From Halomicronema hongdechloris C2206 (GTDB taxonomy: Bacteria > Cyanobacteriota > Cyanobacteriia > Phormidesmidales > Phormidesmidaceae), in assembly GCF_002075285.3 (NCBI RefSeq), contig NZ_CP021983.2, positions 60,001 through 92,000 of the forward strand: a stretch of 32,000 nucleotides of DNA. The letters run 5' to 3'. Of this stretch, positions 18,343 to 27,598 are shown piece by piece. Position 1 is the stretch's first letter. The number at the start of each line of letters is the position of its first letter. The position numbers were made by a program, and so were the translations under genes. The notes under the pieces were generated by a model, which was given only the letters and a program-made list of their open reading frames with translations, did no database searches and was not told where the DNA came from.

Positions 18343-18371
18343 CTGAGTAATGCCTTCTATCTGTAAGCAAT

Positions 18372-18424
18372 AAAAAAGCTGGGTTGAGGTGATTCTGGAA
18401 ACCCAGAGTCCTCAATCCAGCTTT
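18372..18424 (-). terminator. strong rho-independent terminator (minus-strand orientation)
   Basis: The 15-bp stem AAAGCTGGGTTGAGG 18375-18389 pairs with CCTCAATCCAGCTTT 18410-18424 with one G-T wobble. An inner helix TCTGG/CCAGA is also present. On the minus strand the stem is followed by TTTTTTATT. It lies about 130 nt beyond the stop of the 18554-19636 gene. Confidence 0.6.
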
Positions 18425-18500
18425 GACCAGTGCTAGGAGCACACGCGAGCCTACAGGATGACTCTATAATCCGCCAGCAACTAGAAACTGCCAATCCTGA

Positions 18501-18520
18501 AAAGTTCAGGAAAGTTCAGG
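18501..18520. repeat. perfect 10-bp tandem duplication AAAGTTCAGG x2
   Basis: Read directly from the sequence. It is part of a cluster of TTCAGG (four direct copies) plus one inverted copy (CCTGAA, 18496-18501). Confidence 0.9.
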
Positions 18521-18553
18521 TGTCTGTTCAGGGAATAGTCACCTATTCAGGAT

Positions 18554-19636
18554 CTAATTCGGCAGAATCAACGAATTGGGCAGGGGATTAAAGCCATACT
18601 CCGGCAGGGGCTGATAGTCAGTGGCGTTGAGGTGTTTAATCCGCTCGGCAAAGACCTCATGTAATCCCTCTAGGCAGTCACACAGCCAGTGGTAATAGTC
18701 TGGCCACTGGTCCCGGTTATCGAGGTCGACCTCGGTGAGGGTGCAATAGATGGCACAGGCCTTGTGATCGGCTTGGTCGTCCCAGACTAGGGGATAGCCC
18801 ATTTCAGCTGCGATCGCATCTTGCTCAGTTGCCAGCAGATAGAAATGGGGCTGGGCATCCTCACCAGACAGCAACAGTTCAGCATGTAACGTCTGATGCT
18901 CCCGATCGACACTGGCGTATAAGCGGAATCCGGCCCGACCGATGGCAAAGCCCATGGCACTGTGATGGGGAGGAGCCCCAGGCTTAACGATGCTGCCACG
19001 GCGATCGAGGTGCTGGCAGAGGCCTGTCCAAAACTCCAGATTTTGTAGCTGACCTTCTGTTAGGGGCTCTGGCTCCTTCTCCAGTTTCTCTGCAGCAACT
19101 GGCTCGCCCCCCTCTGGCCCCTCCAGAAAGGCAGCAGAGGCTTCGGTAGGTTGAATAACGGGATTGCACTTCGCGGCCATGGCGGTCTTGCCGATGCGCC
19201 ATAGCTCCAGCTCAACCCCGCAAAACCATTGCCTAGCCGTGGTTACCTGGTTCAGCCAGGCCAAAGTCTGTTGGTGGGCAGCAGTCAGGCTAGCCACTAC
19301 CCAAATCACCCCATCCACCTGCCATTGGGCCGCTCGGGTTAGAAGTTGTCCCAGATGGAGATCATCGGCTGTCCCGAGCTGGGGCTCGATCACCACCCGG
19401 GCCCCAGTCACCCTCTCCTGGCAGAGCAAGGCCCGAGGATGGGCTGCATCCTCATCACCGTTGGGATCAGCATCTGGCATTGGCGCCAATTGCAGCCCCA
19501 ATGCCTCCCCTAAAAGCCTGAGATTCTCTGGCTCCGATAGCCAGGGAACGATTTCAGCATCTTCGTGCCAATAGACGGTGGGATCTAGCTTTTCCAGGCG
19601 ACCCAGAGTCGGCTTCGAAGATTTTTTAGGGGGCAT
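18554..19636 (-). CDS. restriction-endonuclease-fold (PD-(D/E)xK-like) N-terminal domain fused to a DUF4268-like C-terminal domain
   Basis: The N-terminal half has VVIEPQLGTADDLHLGQLLTRAA...VIWVVASLTAAHQQTLAWLNQ. This matches the IE.QL...D..HLGQ..TY.....VIW.....F...H...L.WLN pattern of this family. The C-terminal half (FWTGLCQHL...GFRLYASV...LHAELLLSG...MGYPLVWD...WPDYYHWL) resembles DUF4268. Confidence 0.6.
   Translation of the reverse strand: MPPKKSSKPTLGRLEKLDPTVYWHEDAEIVPWLSEPENLRLLGEALGLQLAPMPDADPNGDEDAAHPRALLCQERVTGARVVIEPQLGTADDLHLGQLLTRAAQWQVDGVIWVVASLTAAHQQTLAWLNQVTTARQWFCGVELELWRIGKTAMAAKCNPVIQPTEASAAFLEGPEGGEPVAAEKLEKEPEPLTEGQLQNLEFWTGLCQHLDRRGSIVKPGAPPHHSAMGFAIGRAGFRLYASVDREHQTLHAELLLSGEDAQPHFYLLATEQDAIAAEMGYPLVWDDQADHKACAIYCTLTEVDLDNRDQWPDYYHWLCDCLEGLHEVFAERIKHLNATDYQPLPEYGFNPLPNSLILPN
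18810..18817. repeat. HIP1 palindrome
   Basis: perfect GCGATCGC. Confidence 0.95.
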
Positions 19637-19705
19637 TGGCTAACACAAAAGCAATCTTCTACCGATCCTACTAGCGGTGAGGTCGTCCGTGGTACTGGCC
19701 TGCGC

Positions 19706-20671
<966 letters not shown>

Positions 20672-20915
20672 TTAGACTTCGCTGATTGCTACGGACTGTT
20701 TACAGGGATACACCATAGCGCCCCCTGCCTATGGGGCCTAGGGCGCTCTATAAGTGCTTTAGTTCAAATGTTAAGCAAGTATGAGGATCACCTTGCGATA
20801 TTTTGAGAAAAGTTTTCAAACGTAGGGCAAGCCTCATTAGTTCTCTAGGCCAGACCGATTGGGGGGATGCGGATCGCGATAAGATAGGGGGTCTGTGTGT
20901 CGCCGAGTGTTTGAT

Positions 20916-21998
20916 ATGTCCCAGAGCTTTCGTATTACCCTATTGCCCGGTGACGGTATCGGTCCTGAAATCATGGCAGTGGCGGTGGCTCTGCTCAAAG
21001 CCGTGGGGCAACGATTAGACCTAACCTTTAGCTTTCAAGAGGCCCTCATTGGCGGGGCGGCTATCGACCAGACTGGGGTTCCCCTACCTGAGGACACGTT
21101 GACTCAGTGTCGGCAGAGTGATGCGGTGCTGCTAGCCGCCATTGGTGGCTACCAATGGGATAGTTTGCCGCGACCCCAGCGCCCTGAGACGGGATTGTTG
21201 GCATTGCGATCGGGGCTAGGATTATTTGCTAACCTGCGGCCTGCCAGGGTTTTGCCCCAATTAATCGATGCCTCATCCCTGAAGCGGGAGGTGGTCGATG
21301 GGGTCGACATCATGGTGGTGCGGGAGTTGACCGGCGGCGTCTATTTTGGTCAACCCAAAGGTATTTTTGAGGCGGAGACAGGCCAACGGCGCGGGGTGAA
21401 TACTATGGCCTATGACGAGGCTGAGGTCGACCGCATCGGACGGGTGGCCTTTGAGATTGCCCGCAAACGCCGGGGCCAGCTTTGCTCGGTGGATAAGGCC
21501 AATGTGCTCGAGGTGTCGCAACTGTGGCGCGATCGCATCTCGGCCCTAGGGGCAGACTACCCCGATGTCACCCTCTCCCATATGTATGTAGATGCGGCGG
21601 CCATGCAATTGGTGCGCTGGCCCCAGCAATTCGATACCATCGTCACCGGCAACCTGTTTGGCGACATTCTCTCCGATGAAGCCGCCATGCTGACGGGCAG
21701 CATCGGCATGTTGCCATCGGCTAGCCTAGGGGCCGATGGCCCTGGGGTCTACGAACCCGTGCATGGGTCGGCCCCGGATATCGCCGGTGAAGATAAAGCC
21801 AACCCTCTGGCCCAGGTGTTGAGTGTGGCCATGATGTTGCGCTACGGGCTGGATCAGCCAGCGGCAGCAGACCAGCTAGAGCAAGCAGTGATGACCGTCC
21901 TGGATCAGGGCTATCGCACCGCCGATATCATGGCCGCAGGCTTGACGGCAGTAGGTTGTCAGGCCATGGGAGAGGCCCTACTGCGGGCGCTGGCTTAA
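20916..21998 (+). CDS. leuB: 3-isopropylmalate dehydrogenase
   Basis: [11 protein letters not shown] and [26 protein letters not shown]. The track start at 20895 is a GTG, and the ATG at 20916 gives [14 protein letters not shown]. Confidence 0.93.
   Translation: MSQSFRITLLPGDGIGPEIMAVAVALLKAVGQRLDLTFSFQEALIGGAAIDQTGVPLPEDTLTQCRQSDAVLLAAIGGYQWDSLPRPQRPETGLLALRSGLGLFANLRPARVLPQLIDASSLKREVVDGVDIMVVRELTGGVYFGQPKGIFEAETGQRRGVNTMAYDEAEVDRIGRVAFEIARKRRGQLCSVDKANVLEVSQLWRDRISALGADYPDVTLSHMYVDAAAMQLVRWPQQFDTIVTGNLFGDILSDEAAMLTGSIGMLPSASLGADGPGVYEPVHGSAPDIAGEDKANPLAQVLSVAMMLRYGLDQPAAADQLEQAVMTVLDQGYRTADIMAAGLTAVGCQAMGEALLRALA
21529..21536. repeat. HIP1 palindrome
   Basis: perfect GCGATCGC. Confidence 0.95.
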
Positions 21999-22145
21999 CC
22001 CCTCAGCCCTATCTAGACTAGTGGCCGGCTAACAGCCAAGCTCCCTATCGCAGTTGGATTTGTGATAATAAGCATTACACATTTGCCCCATCCGGGTAGA
22101 TCGTTTACAGTCATGCATAAATCGGTGTCATAGAGGTACCTCACC

Positions 22146-22430
22146 GTGTACGGTTTGCAGCAGTCCCCCCTTCCTGAAGCTCCCTTCATGCCACCATCGG
22201 CTCCAGAGCCCCATGGTCTGCCACCGATGTTGGACCCGGGCCTGCTCAAGGCGGCACGGCAAATCTATCGCACTTACTATGAGGTACATCCTGAGGAGAT
22301 GCAACGCCCAATCGGGGTGGCCATTAGCCGCAAAACCCGACGCGGCAAGTTGATTTTCAGCGAGCGGCCGGTGCTATTGCCCAGCGAATGCTTTATTCCC
22401 TTGAGTCAGATCGAGCCAGGGCTGCATTAA
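22146..22430 (+). CDS. hypothetical small protein
   Basis: 94-aa ORF with a GTG start and a Pro-rich N-terminus. It fills the leuB-pilD gap without overlapping either gene. No family was recognised, so its coding status is uncertain. Confidence 0.35.
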   Translation: MYGLQQSPLPEAPFMPPSAPEPHGLPPMLDPGLLKAARQIYRTYYEVHPEEMQRPIGVAISRKTRRGKLIFSERPVLLPSECFIPLSQIEPGLH

Positions 22431-22466
22431 CTCCCCCTTAAGCCATCTACCCTAACATTTTCTCCT

Positions 22467-23285
22467 GTGTCCCCACTGCCATTGCTGCTGCCGTCGCTGT
22501 TGGTGTTTCTGTTGGGGGCATCCGTCGGCAGTTTTTTGAATGTGGTGATTTATCGTCTGCCGGCCGGTCTGTCGTTGCTGCGCCCCCCCTCTCGGTGCCC
22601 CCAGTGTCATACTCGCTTAAAGCCCTATGACAACTTGCCAGTGGTGGGGTGGCTGTGGCTGCGGGGTCGTTGTCGCTACTGTCGCGCAGCTATTCCCATA
22701 CGCTATCCCCTGGTGGAGGCCTTGGTAGGCGGATTATTTTTGGGTACGTTTTGGCAGTTTGGGTTGGCCTGGACCACGGTGGCCTATTGGGGATTGTTGA
22801 GTTGGTTGGTGGCCCTAACATTCATTGATTTGGATACCTTGACTTTGCCCAATAGCCTGACCCAATCGGGCTTAGTGGTGGGGTTAATGGTTCAAGCCGG
22901 GGATGGTTGGCTGACGGGAGGATTGAGCGCCAGCATCCAGGGGTTCATGGCCGGGGTTGTAGGGGCCCTGGCCGGGCTGTGGCTGTTTGACTTGATGGGG
23001 CTAGGGGCTTCTGTAGCCTTGGGTCAGACGGCCCTGGGCGGCGGCGACAGTAAGCTGGCTGCTTTGCTAGGCGCCTGGTTGGGATGGTCAGGCATGCTGC
23101 TGAGTGGGTTTCTAGCCTGTGGTCTGGGGGCCTTTATCGGAGGCGGTGCGATCGCATTAAGAGTGCTGCATCGCCGTCAACCCATGCCCTTTGGTCCCTT
23201 TTTAGCCCTGGGGGCAATAGTCACCCTATTCTGGGGTGATGCTCTGATTGGGGCCTATGTGCACCTATTCTTTCCCACCCTATGA
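22467..23285 (+). CDS. pilD: prepilin peptidase (A24 family) / N-methyltransferase
   Basis: Contains the cysteine cluster CPQCHTRLKPYDNLPVVGWLWLRGRCRYC and the catalytic Asp motifs FIDLDT and GGGDSKLAALLGAWLG. GTG start. Confidence 0.9.
   Translation: MSPLPLLLPSLLVFLLGASVGSFLNVVIYRLPAGLSLLRPPSRCPQCHTRLKPYDNLPVVGWLWLRGRCRYCRAAIPIRYPLVEALVGGLFLGTFWQFGLAWTTVAYWGLLSWLVALTFIDLDTLTLPNSLTQSGLVVGLMVQAGDGWLTGGLSASIQGFMAGVVGALAGLWLFDLMGLGASVALGQTALGGGDSKLAALLGAWLGWSGMLLSGFLACGLGAFIGGGAIALRVLHRRQPMPFGPFLALGAIVTLFWGDALIGAYVHLFFPTL
23148..23155. repeat. HIP1 palindrome
   Basis: perfect GCGATCGC. Confidence 0.95.
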
Positions 23286-23384
23286 TACTGGGCTGTACAC
23301 GCTGGCTCGATCGCTACGGATGGTCAGCCTCGATCCAGGCAGGGAGCAGCAGGATCGGCCAGTCAACTACTCCTACCCTGAAAG

Positions 23385-23413
23385 CTCAAGCCCTCTATTT
23401 ACAAGGGTTTGAG
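23385..23413 (+). terminator. possible terminator hairpin downstream of pilD
   Basis: The 10-bp stem CTCAAGCCCT 23385-23394 pairs with AGGGTTTGAG 23404-23413 with one G-T pair, and the loop is 9 nt. It is followed only by a weakly T-rich TCAATCTCTT. Confidence 0.3.
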
Positions 23414-23555
23414 TCAATCTCTTAAAAAAATCACGAACTTTGAATTTTCTCTTGAAAAATTTTGAGTTTTTTGTCGTTCGTTTGTGTTAGCGTGTCTAAT
23501 CGAAGTCGCAAAAACGGCTTCCGGATCTGTTGTCGCGCTGGTTTAATGATTGCCC

Positions 23556-23846
23556 ATGGACGGTTTCCTGTTGCCCATGGACTTCACTACTACCCTGGGG
23601 TTAGTAGCTGGCACGTTGACCACGGCTGCCTACTTACCACAGGTACTGAAGACCTGGAAGTCAAAGTCTGCTGATGGCATCTCTTGGAGCATGCTAGTGA
23701 TTCTGTGCTCTGGGGTGATGTTGTGGTTGTTGTATGGCGTCTACGAGCACGATTTACCGGTAATTTGTGCCAATGTAGTGACGCTGATGCTCTCGACGTT
23801 AATTTTAGGCCTGAAGATTCGCTATCGCTATCCAGTCAGGGGATGA
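23556..23846 (+). CDS. SemiSWEET (PQ-loop) transporter
   Basis: Contains the PQ-loop motif AAYLPQVLKTWKSKSADGIS and has three TM helices, at about 90 aa. The first ATG is at 23556 and an alternative ATG is at 23577. The track start at 23550 is a TTG. Confidence 0.8.
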   Translation: MDGFLLPMDFTTTLGLVAGTLTTAAYLPQVLKTWKSKSADGISWSMLVILCSGVMLWLLYGVYEHDLPVICANVVTLMLSTLILGLKIRYRYPVRG

Positions 23847-23857
23847 CGGTCAGTGGC

Positions 23858-24274
23858 CTAGGACATAGATGCCTGGACGGATTTCAAGTTATCAGACACT
23901 AAGGCCATCAAACTTTCAGTGGACTGAATATTGGGATCTCCAGCCAAATAGTGAATGCCCCGATGCAAGTGGAGTTGTAGCTGAGTCGCTAGGGTCTCTC
24001 GATGATCAGGCGAGAGACCACTCTCGTGGCAGCGCTGGCGTAAGGCCTTCAGTAAGATATCGCCGACGGGGCCACCTAAGACCCGACCACTCATTTCCAG
24101 AGTGCTGTCAGCGGCGATAGATACCGGTGCCGGATTGGTAGGCTCGGCTAGGGATCGACACAGGGCCCAACGGCAAAGCACGGTCCAGTTGCCAATGCTG
24201 GTCATTTGCCTCAGCTGCATGAGTTGGCCTGCGGCGGCTTTTGAGAGCCGGATCGGGTTGACGGGAGAATGCAT
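23858..24274 (-). CDS. DndE-like (DUF1832-type) protein
   Basis: From the ATG at 24274: MHSPVNPIRLSKAAAGQLMQLRQMTSIGNWTVLCRWALCRSLAEP...LEMSGRVLGG...LLKALRQRC...HLHRGIHYL. This follows the DndE pattern (RLS....L..L...TGI..N...R.A...S). The track ORF extends to a GTG at 24325. Confidence 0.55.
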   Translation of the reverse strand: MHSPVNPIRLSKAAAGQLMQLRQMTSIGNWTVLCRWALCRSLAEPTNPAPVSIAADSTLEMSGRVLGGPVGDILLKALRQRCHESGLSPDHRETLATQLQLHLHRGIHYLAGDPNIQSTESLMALVSDNLKSVQASMS

Positions 24275-24410
24275 GGGGTCAAGGCCTCGGGTGCTTGCAG
24301 TGGTTGCCGTCAGGGGGTAGGCCACGACATCGTCGATGCCATGGAAATCGGGGCCACGGGTGGTAGGGATCCTCTAGCTCCACCTTTCAGCGGCTATCCT
24401 GATGGGTTGA

Positions 24411-25418
24411 TTAGAAATGCTGAAATCCTGCCTGCAGACTTAGGGGGGAACCTGGGGCAGCCGCTGTATCGACGAGTAAAATATCCGGCGATGGGGTTAC
24501 TGTGCCAATAATAGCGGCTCCCGGCTCTAATTGCCTGAGCAGGGCAGTCGCTAGGGCGGGCGCTAAGCACAGAACCAGCTCGAAGTCTTCTCCGCCATAA
24601 AGGGCCCACTCGACGGCCCGCTCAGGACCTACCCAGTCGATGAGTCCCGGGGGGATGGGGAGATGCGATCGCACCAGTTGAGCGCCCACCCCACTAGCCT
24701 GACAGATCTGGAGCACAGCATTGGCCAGCCCATCACTGCTATCCATGGCTGCCACAGGCGTACTGTCACAGTTATCTGGCAACAGCTGACGCAACTGGGC
24801 CACGGCATCGAAGCGAGGCTTGGGGCGGCAATGGGCTTGAATCCATGTAACTTGCTGCTCTGCCCCTATGGCAGGAGCAACCTCTTCCAGGAGTAGGGCC
24901 AACCCAGCCCGCGACGCTCCATGGACACCCGTCGCCAGAATCACCTGTCCGGGCTCTGCCCTAGAGCGATACAATGCCTGCCCTGGTTGAACCTGCCCCA
25001 ACGCCGTAATGGCCACCGTGACCGTGGGAGAGCGACATAAATCACCCCCCAAGATCTGACCACCATAGGCGTTCAAGCACTGGCCAATGCCTGCATAAAC
25101 CCCCTCAATCCAAGCCACCCTAGTGGTAGGCGGCAGGCTCAACCCCACCGTGATTCCCAAGGGCTCTGCCCCCATGGCCGCCAGATCTGACAGGTTAGCT
25201 GCCACCGCCCGCCAGCCTACATCTGTAGGAGCCGTGGTGCGATCGCTAAAGTGCACCCCATCCACCAACACATCCGTGGTTACCACCAGTTGCCGATCAG
25301 CTGCCATCGACAAAACCGCCGCATCATCTCCGACCCAACCACCAGGACAGAAACGAAACAGTCTGTCTAGCAGCCCCAGCTCTCCTAGGTCACTGACAGT
25401 GAGACACGCATCCCCCAT
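24411..25418 (-). CDS. thiL: thiamine-monophosphate kinase
   Basis: GELGLLDRL, GDDAAVL and VVTTDVLVDGVHF. 335 aa with an ATG start, 8 nt after the upstream PPIase stop. Confidence 0.9.
   Translation of the reverse strand: MGDACLTVSDLGELGLLDRLFRFCPGGWVGDDAAVLSMAADRQLVVTTDVLVDGVHFSDRTTAPTDVGWRAVAANLSDLAAMGAEPLGITVGLSLPPTTRVAWIEGVYAGIGQCLNAYGGQILGGDLCRSPTVTVAITALGQVQPGQALYRSRAEPGQVILATGVHGASRAGLALLLEEVAPAIGAEQQVTWIQAHCRPKPRFDAVAQLRQLLPDNCDSTPVAAMDSSDGLANAVLQICQASGVGAQLVRSHLPIPPGLIDWVGPERAVEWALYGGEDFELVLCLAPALATALLRQLEPGAAIIGTVTPSPDILLVDTAAAPGSPLSLQAGFQHF
24665..24672. repeat. HIP1 palindrome
   Basis: perfect GCGATCGC. Confidence 0.95.
25239..25246. repeat. HIP1 palindrome
   Basis: perfect GCGATCGC. 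Confidence 0.95.
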
Positions 25419-25426
25419 GGCGGGCC

Positions 25427-26566
25427 TTAGGCCTCGGGTTGAACCAAATTATCTAAACCAGACACCACCCGAGCCGATTCAATCCGATCTCCCTGGCCCA
25501 GCTTCTCAAGGAGGTCCTTATTCTCCACGATGTAACCGAAGACAGCATAACGGCCATCTAGGAGATTGCGGCCAGCAGGCGTCAGTTCTGGATCAAACAG
25601 TAAGAAGAAAAACTGCGAGGAGCCGCCATTGGGATCATTACCAGGTCGAGCCATCCCCATAGTGCCGTAGGCAGAAAAGGGCAATACCGGCTCATCCAGA
25701 TAACGGCCTAATGCCTCCAAGGTATCGCCATAGATCGGTTCCTCTTCCTCAGCTACTAAGATCTCTAGAGGAATCGCTCGATACTCGCCAGTCCCTGGAT
25801 CGATAAAGCCGTCCTCGGGTCCTGGTGGGTCTCCCGTCTGTAGCACATAGTTATCTTCCGCCCGAACAAACTCTAGGCCATCGTAAAAACCACGGCTGGC
25901 CAAATCGACAAAGTTACCGGCCGTAATCGGCGCACTGTAGCCATCTACAATAGCTGTCATTGTCCCTTTGTTCGTCTCAAATTCGACGGTGGCGCGGCCC
26001 TTAAGATAGGGCAGGTGGCTATACTCCTCAGGCACCTCAAAGGGGAACTCCGTCACCATCAGTTCCTCTAAGCGACCAACCCTATCCAGTAGCTCACCCC
26101 GCTCAATCCAGGTCTGCTCTTTATCTTGAGCCTCCACGGCTTCAAGCAGGGTGGCTATCTTAGGCTTTAGCTCATCCAAGAGTTGTTCTGCCTCTGACTG
26201 ACGCTCGGGGGGAATGTCAGCCAGAATTTGATCGCGGCTACGGTTAAGGACCCGATCCGCCTCAGTAATATCTCGTTTGATAGGACTCCAGCGTTTTCCC
26301 CGCAGCCATTCTGAAATTCCTTCTAAATCAGCCTGGATCTCGCGAATCGGTTCATTGTTAATCGGTAATGCCTGTCGCAGCAATGTTTGCCCATCGGTAA
26401 TTGGATTCCCTGGAGGTAGGTAGGCGATCTGGGCAGGAAGTTTTAACGGCTGAGCGTGAACCATCTCTACTGAAGCTGCCCAGGGAGTCAGGCTAGCTAG
26501 CAGCAAGGTTCCATAGACCCCTACTGCTAGCAGCAGAGCTCTGCCCCAGTGCTGAAGTCGTGTCAT
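25427..26566 (-). CDS. cyclophilin-type peptidyl-prolyl isomerase with long N-terminal helical domain (TLP40/CYP38-like, probably lumenal)
   Basis: It has a signal-like N-terminus and a helical region of about 180 aa. The cyclophilin motifs GNFVDLASRGFYDGLEFVR and GSSQFFFLL follow. Confidence 0.88.
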   Translation of the reverse strand: MTRLQHWGRALLLAVGVYGTLLLASLTPWAASVEMVHAQPLKLPAQIAYLPPGNPITDGQTLLRQALPINNEPIREIQADLEGISEWLRGKRWSPIKRDITEADRVLNRSRDQILADIPPERQSEAEQLLDELKPKIATLLEAVEAQDKEQTWIERGELLDRVGRLEELMVTEFPFEVPEEYSHLPYLKGRATVEFETNKGTMTAIVDGYSAPITAGNFVDLASRGFYDGLEFVRAEDNYVLQTGDPPGPEDGFIDPGTGEYRAIPLEILVAEEEEPIYGDTLEALGRYLDEPVLPFSAYGTMGMARPGNDPNGGSSQFFFLLFDPELTPAGRNLLDGRYAVFGYIVENKDLLEKLGQGDRIESARVVSGLDNLVQPEA

Positions 26567-26981
26567 GCCGATTGCCTCGAATTCTGCTCACTGATTCGGG
26601 TGACGTCAATGGCGGATACGCCTTTTCAATCTTGCCATAGAGGCGCCCCATCGACGCGATGACAACGCCGCAGAATAGGAGAGTAAACGGGTAAAGCAGA
26701 GGAAGTGAAGGAAGAAAGGGATAGGGAAGCGTGAGATGGAAAAGGGTGAGAGTTTTGTCCTGCTTTGCACCGGCGCAGTCCTACGTTACTCTGTGCGTCT
26801 ATTCTCCCCATCCACTGATCTACCCATCCTCCCCTGCCTTGCCACCACTCCATTTCACCATCACTCCACCACCTGATTTCCTACCCATCCCTGGGGTTAT
26901 TCAGGCGTTATGGCAAATGCTCTCTGAGCGGTACAATGAGATGCCGATTGTCCTCCATCATCTGCTAGAGAAGCCAGGGTC

Positions 26982-27539
26982 ATGATTTCTAGTAACGACT
27001 TTCGCACTGGTGTCAGCATCGAGCTTGATGGCTCTGTATGGCGTGTGGTTGAATTCCTCCATGTTAAGCCAGGAAAAGGGTCAGCCTTTGTCCGCACCAA
27101 GCTCAAGAATGTCCAGACAGGGAATGTGGTTGAGCGCACCTTTCGAGCTGGAGAAACGGTGCCGCAAGCAACTCTAGAGAAGGTGATAATGCAACACACC
27201 TACCGGGAAGCCGATGCCTATGTCTTCATGGACATGGAAACTTTCGAAGAGGTCCGTATGACAGACGACCAGATTGGTGACCGGTCCAAATATCTCAAAG
27301 AAGAGATGGAAGTGAACGTCGTGCGCTGGCAAGGGCAAATTCTAGAGGTGGAATTGCCTAACTCAGTGGTCCTAGAAGTTACGGAAACCGATCCTGGCAT
27401 TAAGGGAGATACGGCCACTGGAGGGACTAAGCCTGCCATTGTTGAGACCGGAGCCCAAGTCATGGTGCCGCTGTTTATTTCAGTCGGTGAGCGGATCAAA
27501 ATTGATACTCGTAATGACTCCTATTTAGGGCGTGAGTAA
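26982..27539 (+). CDS. efp: elongation factor P
   Basis: [43 protein letters not shown]. 185 aa. Confidence 0.95.
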   Translation: MISSNDFRTGVSIELDGSVWRVVEFLHVKPGKGSAFVRTKLKNVQTGNVVERTFRAGETVPQATLEKVIMQHTYREADAYVFMDMETFEEVRMTDDQIGDRSKYLKEEMEVNVVRWQGQILEVELPNSVVLEVTETDPGIKGDTATGGTKPAIVETGAQVMVPLFISVGERIKIDTRNDSYLGRE

Positions 27540-27598
27540 TGGGGGCAATGTATGGGGAGGATACCAACGTGTATCCAGCTGGAATGGAGTAATGGCCT

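Noticed and set aside
18496-18551. TTCAGG repeat cluster as a CRISPR array
   Set aside because: The repeats are only 6-10 nt long with irregular 10-19 nt spacing, and there are no cas genes.
26626-26985. Track ORFs 26626-26853 (minus) and 26731-26985 (plus) in the PPIase/efp intergenic region
   Set aside because: Their translations (Trp/Gly-rich or Pro-rich) simply follow the purine-rich and pyrimidine-rich tracts. One runs into the efp start. No RBS or family resemblance is present.
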